This document shows positions 37,973 through 48,229 of a stretch of 64,000 bases of DNA, piece by piece. The notes beneath the pieces were generated by a model, which saw only the letters and a program-made list of their open reading frames with translations, did no database searches and was not told the origin of the DNA. The stretch's first letter is position 1; the number at the start of each line of letters is the position of its first letter. A program made the position numbers and the translations under genes. The DNA lies in IMG/VR virus record IMGVR_UViG_3300033984_000473, positions 1 through 64,000 of that record; one strand, written 5' to 3'.

Positions 37973-39723
37973 TAGTTAACATACATATTTAATTCATAAG
38001 TTCCACTATCCATACGGTATATCTGAATATGTAACTCTTTTCGTTGTAATTTACCGTCAACGGTTAATTCTTTATTATATCGTTGTGTTTGCCCATAAGC
38101 AACATGTTGTGGGTCAGATAATTCAAATTGAATTGGGTCATAACCTCTTTTTGTAGTATAAACTTCAGCTTCGTTAAAACAACTAGCAAGTGTTTTATGG
38201 TAAGTTTCAAAATCGAATTTACCTTCTTTTAATGCTTTAGGGGCTGGTTGAACAGCTGGTTGAACCGTAAAAGGTTTATTTCTTCTACTAGGTTGTACAG
38301 GTGTTTCAACTGGTTTGGTTGTTGGTTTAGTTACTGGCTGTGGAGCAATAGCTGGTTCTGAATTTGTCATATCATTTTGATTAAAACTTTCTTGTAATTT
38401 TAAAGTTAAATAACTTTTATCAAAGATACTAATTTTTTTTGGATTAATCAAGTTTTCAGCCACCATTTTTGATACAGGTGTGTTAGACCACATTTTACAT
38501 GACCAATATTTTGGCGTAGTTCTATCTTTAGCTTGGGCACAGTTATGTCTTGCTCTAAAAGATTTTTTTCTTTCTGGGTTATCTCTTTTGATTTCCATGT
38601 TTGCGTCACCAAAATTAACCTTTACAACTTTACCTTTTTTATTTTTAACATAAACCTTAAACTTTTTATTTTTAACATCACCAGAACTTGGTTTACCCAA
38701 TGTAACAGTTTTACCTTCATACTCTGCTTCGTTTAAATTAACATTTTCAACACTACCATATTCATCTTGGTAACCACCTTCAGTTTCACCATCATAGTCC
38801 ATGGAATCATCTTCAATGTTAGATTCAAAGAAGTGATATACTTCTTCTATATCATCAGCAGAACTAGCAACATGGTCAACAGCCCATGCATGCCCATTGG
38901 CACACATTTCATCGATTTGTTGTTGATTCATTTCTAATAACTCACCAGCAGCGTGATGTATAGTTTTAAGGTTTTGCCAGAACATATAGTTCAAAGACTC
39001 ACCACCTTGATGGTTTTCGTTAACTGGTACGCAGTTAGGAACTTCTTTCCCACCTTTTTCTTTCATACCAACTTGTTTATACCCTTTCCAACATGGTTTA
39101 ATCTCATCTAACCTGTTTTCTTCCATGAATTCTTCGCTACCTTCTGGTGCGAATATACTCATTCTTTTACCGTGACCAGGAAGTATGAAATTTTCGTTTT
39201 CATAGATAGTGTATTCTTCAAGGTCTTCAGAATCATCTTCAGTACCAAAACCACTGTCACCACTATCGCTGTCATTGGTTCCATCATTATTATCCTCTCC
39301 ACTATCGGTATCATCTTGAGTACCCATATCAGAATCTTTCGAATCATCGTTTCCAGCTGTATTAACTTTTTTAATTATATCTTTTTTGTCTTCTTCATCC
39401 ATCTCAGAAGTGTGAGTTGCAGACAATAAAGAATTGATAGCAAACTTCTCTAATTCGAAATCTGGCTGACCTTGTTCTTCGTTGTATTTTCTTAAGGATT
39501 GTCCTAACTTTCCAGTTAGTTGTTCAATGTATTTTTTTGGGTCTGTTTCTTCATCAGCCGCAACACCAGCATCAAACGGTTCGTCATCAAATGGCTTATC
39601 ATCAGCTGCGGGAGCAGCATCAGTTGTATCAGCACCAGTGTCGCCAAAACCAGAAGTTTCAGTATCGGCAGCAACAGGTTGAGCTGGAGCGGCTACTGCT
39701 GGGGTAGCAGTAGCCATCTTCAA
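37972..39723 (-). CDS. Modular acidic internal-head-type protein; probably the C-terminal part of a -1 frameshift fusion with 39744-40562
   Basis: Modules PCWKGY…VPNCVP, YMFWQNL…, KFKVYVKN…SFRARHNC…YWSC, Pro-rich, separated by x-x-E sites; frame stays open upstream to the A10 run at 39762-39771. Confidence 0.7.
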   Translation of the reverse strand: MKMATATPAVAAPAQPVAADTETSGFGDTGADTTDAAPAADDKPFDDEPFDAGVAADEETDPKKYIEQLTGKLGQSLRKYNEEQGQPDFELEKFAINSLLSATHTSEMDEEDKKDIIKKVNTAGNDDSKDSDMGTQDDTDSGEDNNDGTNDSDSGDSGFGTEDDSEDLEEYTIYENENFILPGHGKRMSIFAPEGSEEFMEENRLDEIKPCWKGYKQVGMKEKGGKEVPNCVPVNENHQGGESLNYMFWQNLKTIHHAAGELLEMNQQQIDEMCANGHAWAVDHVASSADDIEEVYHFFESNIEDDSMDYDGETEGGYQDEYGSVENVNLNEAEYEGKTVTLGKPSSGDVKNKKFKVYVKNKKGKVVKVNFGDANMEIKRDNPERKKSFRARHNCAQAKDRTTPKYWSCKMWSNTPVSKMVAENLINPKKISIFDKSYLTLKLQESFNQNDMTNSEPAIAPQPVTKPTTKPVETPVQPSRRNKPFTVQPAVQPAPKALKEGKFDFETYHKTLASCFNEAEVYTTKRGYDPIQFELSDPQHVAYGQTQRYNKELTVDGKLQRKELHIQIYRMDSGTYELNMYVN

Positions 39724-39743
39724 CTTATATTTTGTTTCTTCGT

Positions 39744-40562
39744 TTACTTTAGAGTGTATACTTTTTTTTTTAAAGTCCCTTCAGTTAAACTATCAATGAT
39801 TGAATCCATGTTTTCCATAGCTCTAATTATTGAAAGTTTATGAGATTCTTTGATAGCTCCGTCTTTTGGGTCTTTATCAGCACCATTTGGAACACCATCA
39901 CCATCATCATCAATACCTAATTTCTCTTTGTCGTTTCCAGTATATTTTCCTGGGTTTTTAATCATTTCATCTATAGCTTGTTCAGCTTCAGTTAAATCTT
40001 CTTCTTTATTTTTTTTTATTCTATAATCAGCATCGTTATCTTCATCTTCTTCCTCTTTATCATAATCTTTTTCATCTTCTGGATTTGGACCATCTTCCCA
40101 TTCAAATAATGGTGTATTGTGTTCCATGTTTCCTTCATTAGAAAATCCATTACCACCATATTGTGAGAACCCAGCAACATTTTCAGTTAATAGGTTATCA
40201 TTTTTGAATACGTTGATGTCACCACCTTGTCCGTAAGCTTCAGCCAAAGATTTAAAATTAAGATTTAAGTGCTTGATTGCTTTAGCATATGAGCCATAAG
40301 CTTCTGATTTTTTGTTTTGTAAACCACCGATGTATTTAAAGTCTTCAGCTAAAATGCTAGAAACTTTATTTGTTACTTTGATATAGTATTCGTGGTTTTC
40401 TCTTACGATAGCATAAGATTTACCGTCTGGACCAACTTTTGTTAATTCCACAACAGAATTTGAATGATTTTCATTGATAGAAGAAATACCCATCAATTCT
40501 TTCATACGCTCATTAATTTCGTTACCTTTTAGGCCAACAGGGTTTATTTTATTGTTTTTCAT
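39744..40562 (-). CDS. Putative prohead core/internal protein (N-terminal part of possible frameshift fusion)
   Basis: RMKELMG, INEN, LLTEN, IKES; ends …LKKKVYTLK* over TTT-A10. Confidence 0.72.
   Translation of the reverse strand: MKNNKINPVGLKGNEINERMKELMGISSINENHSNSVVELTKVGPDGKSYAIVRENHEYYIKVTNKVSSILAEDFKYIGGLQNKKSEAYGSYAKAIKHLNLNFKSLAEAYGQGGDINVFKNDNLLTENVAGFSQYGGNGFSNEGNMEHNTPLFEWEDGPNPEDEKDYDKEEEDEDNDADYRIKKNKEEDLTEAEQAIDEMIKNPGKYTGNDKEKLGIDDDGDGVPNGADKDPKDGAIKESHKLSIIRAMENMDSIIDSLTEGTLKKKVYTLK
39762..39774 (-). other. Slippery site T TTA AAA AAA AAA (candidate -1 frameshift or transcriptional slippage)
   Basis: The -1 frame opens two codons before this site and the 0 frame closes five codons after it. 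Confidence 0.6.
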
Positions 40563-40592
40563 ATCGTGTATTGTTTGTTTTTCTTATTTTTA

Positions 40593-40602
40593 TATAAATA
40601 TC
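40593..40602 (-). promoter_or_regulatory. Putative late promoter GATATTTATA
   Basis: 30 nt upstream of ATG 40562. Confidence 0.6.
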
Positions 40603-40621
40603 TAACTTTAATTCAAAGTTA

Positions 40622-40873
40622 TTAATTATAATTAGGACTACCTAATAGAACATCTTTATTTTCGCCAAGTAAATAACACCCAGTACCTGTACCGCTACCA
40701 ACACTTCTAACCCATACTGATATGTTAGAAGATGATGCTACAGCTACTGAAACACCATTTAAAGTTATTGTACAACCAGATGTACCACCATAAATTTCAG
40801 TATATGTATGTGCAGTAAAGTTTGGTGACTGTGCTGGAACTATAATGCTATGTATATCATTAATTTTTGCCAT
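40622..40873 (-). CDS. Small beta-rich protein, possibly virion decoration
   Basis: ATG 40873 (MAKINDIH) follows AATATTTATTA; Gly/Ser/Thr-rich. Confidence 0.6.
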   Translation of the reverse strand: MAKINDIHSIIVPAQSPNFTAHTYTEIYGGTSGCTITLNGVSVAVASSSNISVWVRSVGSGTGTGCYLLGENKDVLLGSPNYN

Positions 40874-40907
40874 AATATTTTCTTTTCTAATAAATATTAA
40901 GAAAAAC

Positions 40908-40932
40908 AAAAAAAAGTACCAATTGGTACTTT
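40908..40932 (-). terminator. Intrinsic terminator
   Basis: Minus strand AAAGTACC-AATT-GGTACTTTTTTTT. Confidence 0.75.
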
Positions 40933-40945
40933 ATTTGTTTAAATC

Positions 40946-41263
40946 TTATAATAATCCTAGAAGTAAATAGGATAATTTATAACCTATAAATGCACCTAGT
41001 GCCGAAGGTATCGGAAAGATTATAAGTTTTCCTAAGTCTGTGACATATTTTGGCCTATTGACAATCTTTCCCATAAAAATGTAATAAACTATATAACCCA
41101 ACAAAACAGCTATATCAGTCTTAGTTGCAATAAACACCACCAGCGTGGCACCAATAAACCCAAACAAAAAGTTATCTCTAACACCTTCCCAGATTTCTTG
41201 GTTGGTCGCATTGTTGTATTCTCTAACTAACTTTCTAACCTTAGCCTTATTCCTCATTTCCAT
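40946..41263 (-). CDS. Small membrane protein (about three hydrophobic helices)
   Basis: FLFGFIGATLVVFIA, IAVLLGYIVYYIF, LIIFPIPSALGAFIGY. Confidence 0.75.
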   Translation of the reverse strand: MEMRNKAKVRKLVREYNNATNQEIWEGVRDNFLFGFIGATLVVFIATKTDIAVLLGYIVYYIFMGKIVNRPKYVTDLGKLIIFPIPSALGAFIGYKLSYLLLGLL

Positions 41264-41384
41264 TTTTGTTCGTTTTTAAAGTTTTAATATATCTCTCTAG
41301 ATATATTATTTTTCTACGTATTCCAATATTAGCGTTAGCGATTAATATTAGTTGTTCGTTTAAAGAATCCATTTGTGTCTTCAT
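41247..41384 (-). CDS. Possible 45-aa ORF (MKTQMDSLNEQLILIANANIGIRRKIIYLERYIKTLKTNKNGNEE)
   Basis: Fills the gap between thyA and the membrane gene; below the track cut-off. Confidence 0.4.
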   Translation of the reverse strand: MKTQMDSLNEQLILIANANIGIRRKIIYLERYIKTLKTNKNGNEE

Positions 41385-41386
41385 AA

Positions 41387-43666
41387 CTAATTGCTTAAAG
41401 GTGCCTTGATTGTAGCGTGCGATTGATAATCCTCTAATTGAAAATCTTCTACCTGTACATCTCTGTATGACTTATCACTTTCATGACCACAATTTTTAGC
41501 CCAAAATTCGGTGTTAATTCTTACGCTTGGCAAAGGAAAAGGCTCTCTTGTTCTTGTCGGTATTTCCCTAGTTTTTAATTTAGCATCCATCCAGTGGTCA
41601 TCGTTTGCTACCATTCCAGGTGCGTACTCATCATAATACATTTTAATCCTTTCTTCTCTGTTGTATTCTACCCCAATTTGTTCTTTAGCAGCATCCAAAT
41701 GGTTTGAATACAAATGAACATCACCCAAGTTCCCAATCAATTGGTCTGGAATCATATTGGCTTCTTCGGCTAATATCATCAACAACAATCCATAAGAGGC
41801 AATGTTGAATGGTAACCCTAAGAATGTATCTACACTTCGTTGATTCCACATTAAAGAGATTGCTCTTCGAGGTATGTTTTCAATATCCAGATATTCGTGT
41901 TTATGTGTAATTGCAAAAATAAGGTGAGATACTTTTAGTCCATCAGATTCACGTTTCTTAATTACTAGGTAGTTCTGTCTTTCTTCCAAACTCAACTCTC
42001 TTGTATAAACTTGAAATCCATAATGACAATTATGGTTAACCAAATTAAAAACATTATAAGTATGGTTATTTTCTGTTGAAATATTATATACATATCCATT
42101 ATAATTAGTTTTTTCAATATCTTTAACAAGTAACCATAAATAATCATTATCAAAAATATAATTTTTTGATTTATTTTTTTGTTGGTAAACATTTATTGAA
42201 TAAGTATTTTTTTGATTAACTTCACGACCTTCTATAATTTTTTTATTAGGTCTTTTTTGATAATATACTGACGCTTTTATATTTAATTTAGCGTATAATA
42301 ATTGTAATCCGTAGGCTATATTATCAGATACCGTAGTATAACTAATACCATCTTTAGTAATACAACCATCAGCCCTTTGATAACCTTTAATAAATTCTTC
42401 GATTAAATGCTTAGGTCCGTTATGTATAAATTGTGGTATCATTTTACCATCTGCGTATTTTCCAAACTCAGTTAATATTTTAAATAATTGCTGCTTTCTT
42501 CCAACATATTTTTTACAATTTACTCCAGAATTATTTAATCTAGCAAGACCAATAATATTTGTTAATCTAGGTAATACTTCTTCTATTTGGTTGTCATTAA
42601 TAGTAAAATAAATTTCTTTTTTAGAATTAATTAACCAACCATCACCTAAAAAATAACCCATTAAATACCAATAATCTTTATCATCTAATTTTGTAGATAT
42701 TAATTTTTCAGAATATTGGTTATCTTCGATAATAGTCTCAAATGTTGGTATAATCTCTTCTTTATTTATAGGCATACCTATATAGTCATTCTTAGTTATT
42801 TCATCGGCATTTATATAACCTTTATCTTTCACTAAAAATGGGTGATTTGGTGTTACACCAATAAATTTAGAGTTTCCATAAACCCTTATATGTAATAAAT
42901 CATTATTATATTTTGTTTCATGTAATTCATAAACCTTTTGGTAAGACCCATCTTCTGTTAATACTAAATCATTAATGGTTATTTCAGATATTTTTCGATA
43001 CCCATCAATACACGCAACTAACATATCTGAACTAAAACAAGGTGGAAGAACCATTTGGTCCAGCTCTCCAACATTCCAAGCATTAACCATTAATCGTCTT
43101 GAGTCTGGATTTGTTTTAAGGTCGTTGATTAGATTTTGGATTTGGTCTATTTGACCTTCCAATACATATTGACTAACAGGTATCTTTCCCTCTTCTTTTA
43201 TTCTTTTCAAAACTCGTTTACCACCACAGCTTCTCCATTGTTTACCATAAATAGGGCCTAATTCACCCCACTTCTTAGCAAACTCATCATCTGTTTTGAT
43301 TCTTCTAATAAATTCATCATTATCTGCAACTCTTTCTGTTCCATCATCTAACCGAATACCAGCAACATTGCCTTTATTAAATTCGTTACAATACTTCTTA
43401 TAAGCATCACCATCCCAAATATGACAATTAGCATCAACCAACGGTTTAATATTTGTTTCCCCTCGTAAGAACCATAATAGTTCTGTTACGATTGTTTTCC
43501 ATGGCATCTTCTTCGTAGTAAGTAAAGGAAAACCATCTTTCATATCGTGACGTATTTGTCTTCCAAATACGCTAATGGTCCCAGTCCCAGTACGGTCTTT
43601 CTTTTCTACTCCATTATCTAAGATATCATGAAGTAAGTCTGTATATTGTTTGTCTAATTTATTCAT
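41387..43666 (-). CDS. thyA: Thymidylate synthase interrupted by an intein
   Basis: [44 protein letters not shown]|C…N|[28 protein letters not shown]. Confidence 0.96.
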   Translation of the reverse strand: MNKLDKQYTDLLHDILDNGVEKKDRTGTGTISVFGRQIRHDMKDGFPLLTTKKMPWKTIVTELLWFLRGETNIKPLVDANCHIWDGDAYKKYCNEFNKGNVAGIRLDDGTERVADNDEFIRRIKTDDEFAKKWGELGPIYGKQWRSCGGKRVLKRIKEEGKIPVSQYVLEGQIDQIQNLINDLKTNPDSRRLMVNAWNVGELDQMVLPPCFSSDMLVACIDGYRKISEITINDLVLTEDGSYQKVYELHETKYNNDLLHIRVYGNSKFIGVTPNHPFLVKDKGYINADEITKNDYIGMPINKEEIIPTFETIIEDNQYSEKLISTKLDDKDYWYLMGYFLGDGWLINSKKEIYFTINDNQIEEVLPRLTNIIGLARLNNSGVNCKKYVGRKQQLFKILTEFGKYADGKMIPQFIHNGPKHLIEEFIKGYQRADGCITKDGISYTTVSDNIAYGLQLLYAKLNIKASVYYQKRPNKKIIEGREVNQKNTYSINVYQQKNKSKNYIFDNDYLWLLVKDIEKTNYNGYVYNISTENNHTYNVFNLVNHNCHYGFQVYTRELSLEERQNYLVIKKRESDGLKVSHLIFAITHKHEYLDIENIPRRAISLMWNQRSVDTFLGLPFNIASYGLLLMILAEEANMIPDQLIGNLGDVHLYSNHLDAAKEQIGVEYNREERIKMYYDEYAPGMVANDDHWMDAKLKTREIPTRTREPFPLPSVRINTEFWAKNCGHESDKSYRDVQVEDFQLEDYQSHATIKAPLSN
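42029..43039 (-). mobile_element. Intein (337 aa) with LAGLIDADG homing endonuclease, inserted just before the catalytic Cys of ThyA
   Basis: Block A CFSSDMLV, block [17 protein letters not shown] and [10 protein letters not shown], block [12 protein letters not shown], block G NHN followed by +1 Cys. Confidence 0.95.
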
Positions 43667-44060
43667 AAGTCTCTATTGTTTTTCCTTTATATTTTATTGT
43701 AATAATGTGTTTAGGTACGCAAATATCTATATCAGTATTATATACTTTTTTGTATGAGTCAAACCATTCATGAGCTGGTAAAGACATTCTATCCCATGGC
43801 ATAACCCAACCGTTAACATTTGAAATTTTAGCTAACCATTTATAACGTTCTGCATTTGTCAACCCTATTCGTTCAACAGTAATCCCCCATTGCATGGTAA
43901 AACCATTAGCTCTAGGGTGATTTTCTAGTATTGATTTTTCAAACCATTTTCTATTCATAGGTAAATAAAAATCTGGTTGAACATCATATGTTTCTGGACA
44001 TATGGGTTCTATGAAATTATCCAAATAATTTTGATATGCTTCATCGATAAGTTCATTCAT
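43659..44060 (-). CDS. Hypothetical protein
   Basis: 133-aa ORF overlapping the thyA start. Confidence 0.65.
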   Translation of the reverse strand: MNELIDEAYQNYLDNFIEPICPETYDVQPDFYLPMNRKWFEKSILENHPRANGFTMQWGITVERIGLTNAERYKWLAKISNVNGWVMPWDRMSLPAHEWFDSYKKVYNTDIDICVPKHIITIKYKGKTIETYE

Positions 44061-44061
44061 A

Positions 44062-44484
44062 TTACTTTTTCTTTTTAGGGTAATACATATCTACAAAATC
44101 TTTACCTGTAGTATCTTCATCACCATTATCTGAAATAAAGAAGAAAGCATCGTCAACAGCTTTTATTAGTTGTTTTCTAGTAAATTCTTTCTTTTCTTTT
44201 TTAGGTTTATCTAATATCAAAGCCATGAACTCATCAATCTGTTCTTGCCTTGGCTTTGCATTTTCATGCTCATTGGCATAGTTGAATGTCTTGTTATAAC
44301 TGGTCGTCAACTCAAGTTTTCCATCAAAGAATTTTTGTAATTTCTTTTTTGATAAGGATTCAATAAAATTCCCATGGTCATCAAAGATAAAAAATTTATC
44401 TGAAGTTGGTTTATAATATGCTTTTAAAACATCACCCTCGAAGTTTAAAAGTCCTAATTTTTTGTCATTTTTGTTTTTTATCAT
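44062..44484 (-). CDS. Hypothetical protein
   Basis: 140-aa ORF in operon. Confidence 0.65.
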   Translation of the reverse strand: MIKNKNDKKLGLLNFEGDVLKAYYKPTSDKFFIFDDHGNFIESLSKKKLQKFFDGKLELTTSYNKTFNYANEHENAKPRQEQIDEFMALILDKPKKEKKEFTRKQLIKAVDDAFFFISDNGDEDTTGKDFVDMYYPKKKK

Positions 44485-44897
44485 CTTCTAATAAGTAAGT
44501 ATTGGTAATTGTTATCGTTTATTGTTTCTTCTGGTGTTTTAATGTCGTTTAACATATGTTCTCTTTCTTCTGGTGTAATCGCAATCGCTGCCATTCTAAC
44601 ACTTCTAATCGGTGCGAAGTTATCTGAATCATAAGTTATTGAACTAAAAACGCTATTCTCATCACTTGCAAGTATGAAAAATTTAACCAATTTCATATGT
44701 GATGGATGGTTAATATATTCTACAATGTTATCTATTCGATGTGTTTTAACCTCTATAGTTCTTTCTCTAACTGCATGACCATTGCTAATATATGTTCTAA
44801 ACAATGGATAATCAATAAACTCTACAAGAGGGTTTTCATCTAAAACCTTTCTCTCATAGAGTCTATTATCATTTCCTTTTATTATTTTAAAATACAT
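44481..44897 (-). CDS. Hypothetical protein
   Basis: 138-aa ORF, coupled at both ends. Confidence 0.65.
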   Translation of the reverse strand: MYFKIIKGNDNRLYERKVLDENPLVEFIDYPLFRTYISNGHAVRERTIEVKTHRIDNIVEYINHPSHMKLVKFFILASDENSVFSSITYDSDNFAPIRSVRMAAIAITPEEREHMLNDIKTPEETINDNNYQYLLIRR

Positions 44898-45361
44898 TAT
44901 CCGTTTACGGTGTCTAACTTAGAAGCGATTGCTGTTTCATACTCAGCGATAGCAGCTTTAGCTTTTGCGAATTGACCACTTTCTAAAGTTTGTGTGTTGT
45001 CGTAGTAAACGATGATATCTCTCATTTTTTCAACCATTGATTTAACTGCGTGATTGATAACTGCGTTATCTTCATCTTGTTTAATTGTTGCCACTTCTGA
45101 AAGAATGTCTCTAACATCTACCTTACCCAAGTTTTGGAAAGAGTGTTTTTTGATGTGAGAATTAAAGATAGAACCTTGACTATCTGCGATTTCGAATCTA
45201 GTATAATCGGTTGCTGATACACCTTCGTAAAGATATTGTCCACCGTTATTGAAGATAATGGTCAAAGCTTGAGTGTCTTTGTCGTAAGTAGAAGCACAAA
45301 TATTCGAAGATGAATACATTGCTTTGACTTTGTTGTCTTTTTCTTGTTTTTTTAAAATCAT
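44897..45361 (-). CDS. KTSC-domain protein with a helical C-terminal extension
   Basis: SSNICASTYD…LTIIFNNGGQYLYEGV…F..ADSQGSIFNSHIK. Confidence 0.82.
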   Translation of the reverse strand: MILKKQEKDNKVKAMYSSSNICASTYDKDTQALTIIFNNGGQYLYEGVSATDYTRFEIADSQGSIFNSHIKKHSFQNLGKVDVRDILSEVATIKQDEDNAVINHAVKSMVEKMRDIIVYYDNTQTLESGQFAKAKAAIAEYETAIASKLDTVNG

Positions 45362-45382
45362 TTTGTTTTTTTTATGTAATTG

Positions 45383-45622
45383 TTATTGTGCATGCGTTTT
45401 ATAAGCAGATACTTCATTCAAATGAAATATTTTACCAGTACTAGTTAGCGTATCGTTGATTTCATCTTTTTCATCGATGGTTATAATAATATAATCCCCA
45501 GTTATCATTAAACCACAATCGAAAAATTCAATTTTTGTAATTGAAGTTAAGTCGTTGGTCTTTAATGTGTTCTTTAATAATAGCTCAACTTTACCGAATT
45601 TTGGTGCTCTGTTTGTATTCAT
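45383..45622 (-). CDS. Hypothetical protein
   Basis: 79-aa first gene behind a Bacteroidota-type promoter. Confidence 0.65.
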   Translation of the reverse strand: MNTNRAPKFGKVELLLKNTLKTNDLTSITKIEFFDCGLMITGDYIIITIDEKDEINDTLTSTGKIFHLNEVSAYKTHAQ

Positions 45623-45637
45623 TATTTACTTTTTATA

Positions 45638-45668
45638 CAAAGATACGAATATTTATCTTTAGATGCAA
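45638..45668 (-). promoter_or_regulatory. Bacteroidota-type promoter TTG-N20-TATCTTTG (leftward, toward thyA)
   Basis: Plus strand CAAAGATA 45638-45, CAA 45666-68. Confidence 0.7.
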
Positions 45669-45669
45669 G

Positions 45670-45700
45670 TTGCATTTATAATAATTTTTTAGTACCTTTG
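45670..45700 (+). promoter_or_regulatory. Bacteroidota-type promoter TTG-N20-TACCTTTG (rightward, clpC)
   Basis: TTG 45670-72, TACCTTTG 45693-700; back-to-back with the leftward promoter. Confidence 0.7.
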
Positions 45701-45727
45701 CTAAAGAAATATAAACCTACAAAAAAT

Positions 45728-48229
45728 ATGAATAGAGAGATTTATCCGAAAGTTAAAATTATCATGAACCATGCGATAAAAGAGGCAAAATCTTTCGATG
45801 ATGTTAAGGTCAGACCAGAGCATGTAATTCTATCAATGTTGATTGATAATGACAATGAATGTACGAAAGTACTTAATGTTTTAAACATTGACACAATAGA
45901 ATTATATGACAAGATTTCTGATTTCTTAAGAAAAAGTGATTTAACACCTAGAGTTGGTAGTTCTAGAAAAACCCTACCATTTTCAGATGAAACCAAAGCC
46001 ATTATCAAAACTTTGGACGATGAATGTGAAAAATTAAATGATAATATGATTGATACGACTCACGTTATGTTAGGAATATTATTTGCTAAGCTTCCAGTAA
46101 GCGAAGTTTTAACCAAGTTAGGAATAACTTATAACCGTTTTAAAAAAACAATGAAAGACATGGATAATCCAAAGAATAGTGCACCAAGTAGTGGTGATGA
46201 ACAGGACGAAAACGAAGCGTTCAAAAGAAGACAAAAACCAGTAGATGCTAAATCAAAAACTCCAGTATTGGATAATTTTTGTAGAGATGTATCTAAAGCA
46301 GCTGAAAAGGGTGAAATTGACCCAGTTGTTGGTCGTGAAAAAGAAATCAAACGTGTTTCTCAAATTCTTTCTCGTAGAAAGAAAAACAATCCAATCCTTA
46401 TTGGTGAGCCTGGTGTTGGTAAAACTTCTATCGTAGAAGGGCTTGCTCAGCTTATCAAAGATGGTGAAGCTCCAAGAACCCTTAATGGTAAAAGACTTTT
46501 CACGTTAGACCTAGCTTCAATTGTTGCTGGTACAAAATATCGTGGACAATTTGAGGAAAGAATGAAAGCAATCCTTGAAGAATGTAAAGCCAACCCAGAT
46601 GTTGTGTTATTTATTGATGAGTTACACACTATCATCGGTGCTGGTAATGCCTCTGGTTCACTAGATGCTAGTAATATCTTCAAGCCAGCTTTGGCTCGTG
46701 GTGAACTACAAGTAATCGGAGCGACAACTCTTGACGAATACCGTGAGAATATTGAGAAAGATGGTGCGTTGACCAGACGTTTCCAACAAGTATTGGTTGA
46801 AGAACCAACGCTAGAAGAAACAAAAACAATCCTTATGAATATCAAGGATAAATACGAAAAACACCACAAGGTAAAATACACTGATGAAGCTATCGATGAG
46901 TGCGTTAAATTATCTGCTCGTTACATTATGGAAAGAAGTATGCCAGACAAAGCTATCGATGTGATGGATGAAGCTGGTGCTAGTACCAATGTTAGTGTTG
47001 AAAAACCAGAAAACATCAAAGAACTTGAAAATAAAAAACGAGAAATAAACATCGTTAAAAAAGAAGTTGTTCAAAAACAAAAATACGAAGAAGCGGCTAA
47101 GCTTAGAGATGAAGAAAAAAATATCATCGAAGAATTAGAAAAAGCTACAGCTATTTGGCAAGAATCTTTAGATAGCAAACAAACCATCGTTGGTGTTGAT
47201 ATGATTTCAGAAGTTGTATCTATGATGACTGGAATTCCACTGAACAAAATCTCAACCCAAGAAGGGAAAAGACTTATCAATATGGATAAAGACCTTATGG
47301 GTAAAGTTATTGGTCAAGATTCAGCAGTAACCAAAGTTGTTAAAGCCATAAAGCGTAACCGTATTGGAATAAAAGATAAAAACAAACCAGTTGGTTCATT
47401 TATATTTTTAGGTCCAACAGGTGTAGGTAAAACACTCTTGGCTAAATTGTTGGCTGAACAAGTATTTGGTGATGCAGAAGCTCTTGTAAGAATGGATATG
47501 TCAGAATACATGGAAAAACATTCAGTATCTAGACTTATCGGCCCACCACCAGGATATGTCGGTTACGACCAAGGTGGTCAGTTAACTGAAAAAGTAAGAA
47601 GAAAACCACACTGTGTTATCTTATTTGATGAAATCGAAAAGGCCCACGAAGATGTATTCAACGTTCTATTGCAATTATTAGATGAAGGTCAATTAACAGA
47701 TGGGTTAGGTCGAAAGGTTAACTTTAAAAATGCTTTGATTATCTTGACTTCAAACATTGGTGTAAGAGAAGTTAATTCATTTGGTAAAACAATGGGGTTT
47801 GAAACTGAATCTAATGTAATCAATGAAGAAAATAAAGCTCGTGCTATCATTGAGAAAGCTTTAAAGAAAAAATTTAAACCAGAATTCCTTAATCGTATCG
47901 ATGAAGCTATCGTGTTTAATGCTCTTAAAGAAGAAGATATCCATAAGATTATCTACATTGAAATTGAGAAACTATCTGAAAGAATCAATGAAATGAATTA
48001 TAAGTTAGAAATAACCAAAGATGCTATTGAATTTTTAGCTAGACAAGGTTATGATGAAGCTTATGGTGCTAGACCATTAACCAGAGCAATTCAACACTAT
48101 GTTGAGGACCCAGTTGCCGATGAAATACTTAACGGTAACATTTTAGAAGGTGAAACGATTGAAATTACTTTTGATAAAACAAAAGAAGAAATCGTAGTCC
48201 AAGCAAAAAAAACTAAAAAAACTAAATAA
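45728..48229 (+). CDS. clpC: ClpC-type AAA+ unfoldase (Clp N domain, two AAA modules, UVR-like middle domain)
   Basis: GEPGVGKT, FIDELH, GPTGVGKT, RMDMSEYMEKHSVSRLIG, LFDEIEKAH, QKYEEAAKLRD, MGF ClpP-docking-like loop. Confidence 0.93.
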   Translation: MNREIYPKVKIIMNHAIKEAKSFDDVKVRPEHVILSMLIDNDNECTKVLNVLNIDTIELYDKISDFLRKSDLTPRVGSSRKTLPFSDETKAIIKTLDDECEKLNDNMIDTTHVMLGILFAKLPVSEVLTKLGITYNRFKKTMKDMDNPKNSAPSSGDEQDENEAFKRRQKPVDAKSKTPVLDNFCRDVSKAAEKGEIDPVVGREKEIKRVSQILSRRKKNNPILIGEPGVGKTSIVEGLAQLIKDGEAPRTLNGKRLFTLDLASIVAGTKYRGQFEERMKAILEECKANPDVVLFIDELHTIIGAGNASGSLDASNIFKPALARGELQVIGATTLDEYRENIEKDGALTRRFQQVLVEEPTLEETKTILMNIKDKYEKHHKVKYTDEAIDECVKLSARYIMERSMPDKAIDVMDEAGASTNVSVEKPENIKELENKKREINIVKKEVVQKQKYEEAAKLRDEEKNIIEELEKATAIWQESLDSKQTIVGVDMISEVVSMMTGIPLNKISTQEGKRLINMDKDLMGKVIGQDSAVTKVVKAIKRNRIGIKDKNKPVGSFIFLGPTGVGKTLLAKLLAEQVFGDAEALVRMDMSEYMEKHSVSRLIGPPPGYVGYDQGGQLTEKVRRKPHCVILFDEIEKAHEDVFNVLLQLLDEGQLTDGLGRKVNFKNALIILTSNIGVREVNSFGKTMGFETESNVINEENKARAIIEKALKKKFKPEFLNRIDEAIVFNALKEEDIHKIIYIEIEKLSERINEMNYKLEITKDAIEFLARQGYDEAYGARPLTRAIQHYVEDPVADEILNGNILEGETIEITFDKTKEEIVVQAKKTKKTK

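Noticed and set aside
45742-47511. Several minus-strand ORFs of 65-144 aa
   Set aside because: Antisense shadows of clpC with no motifs
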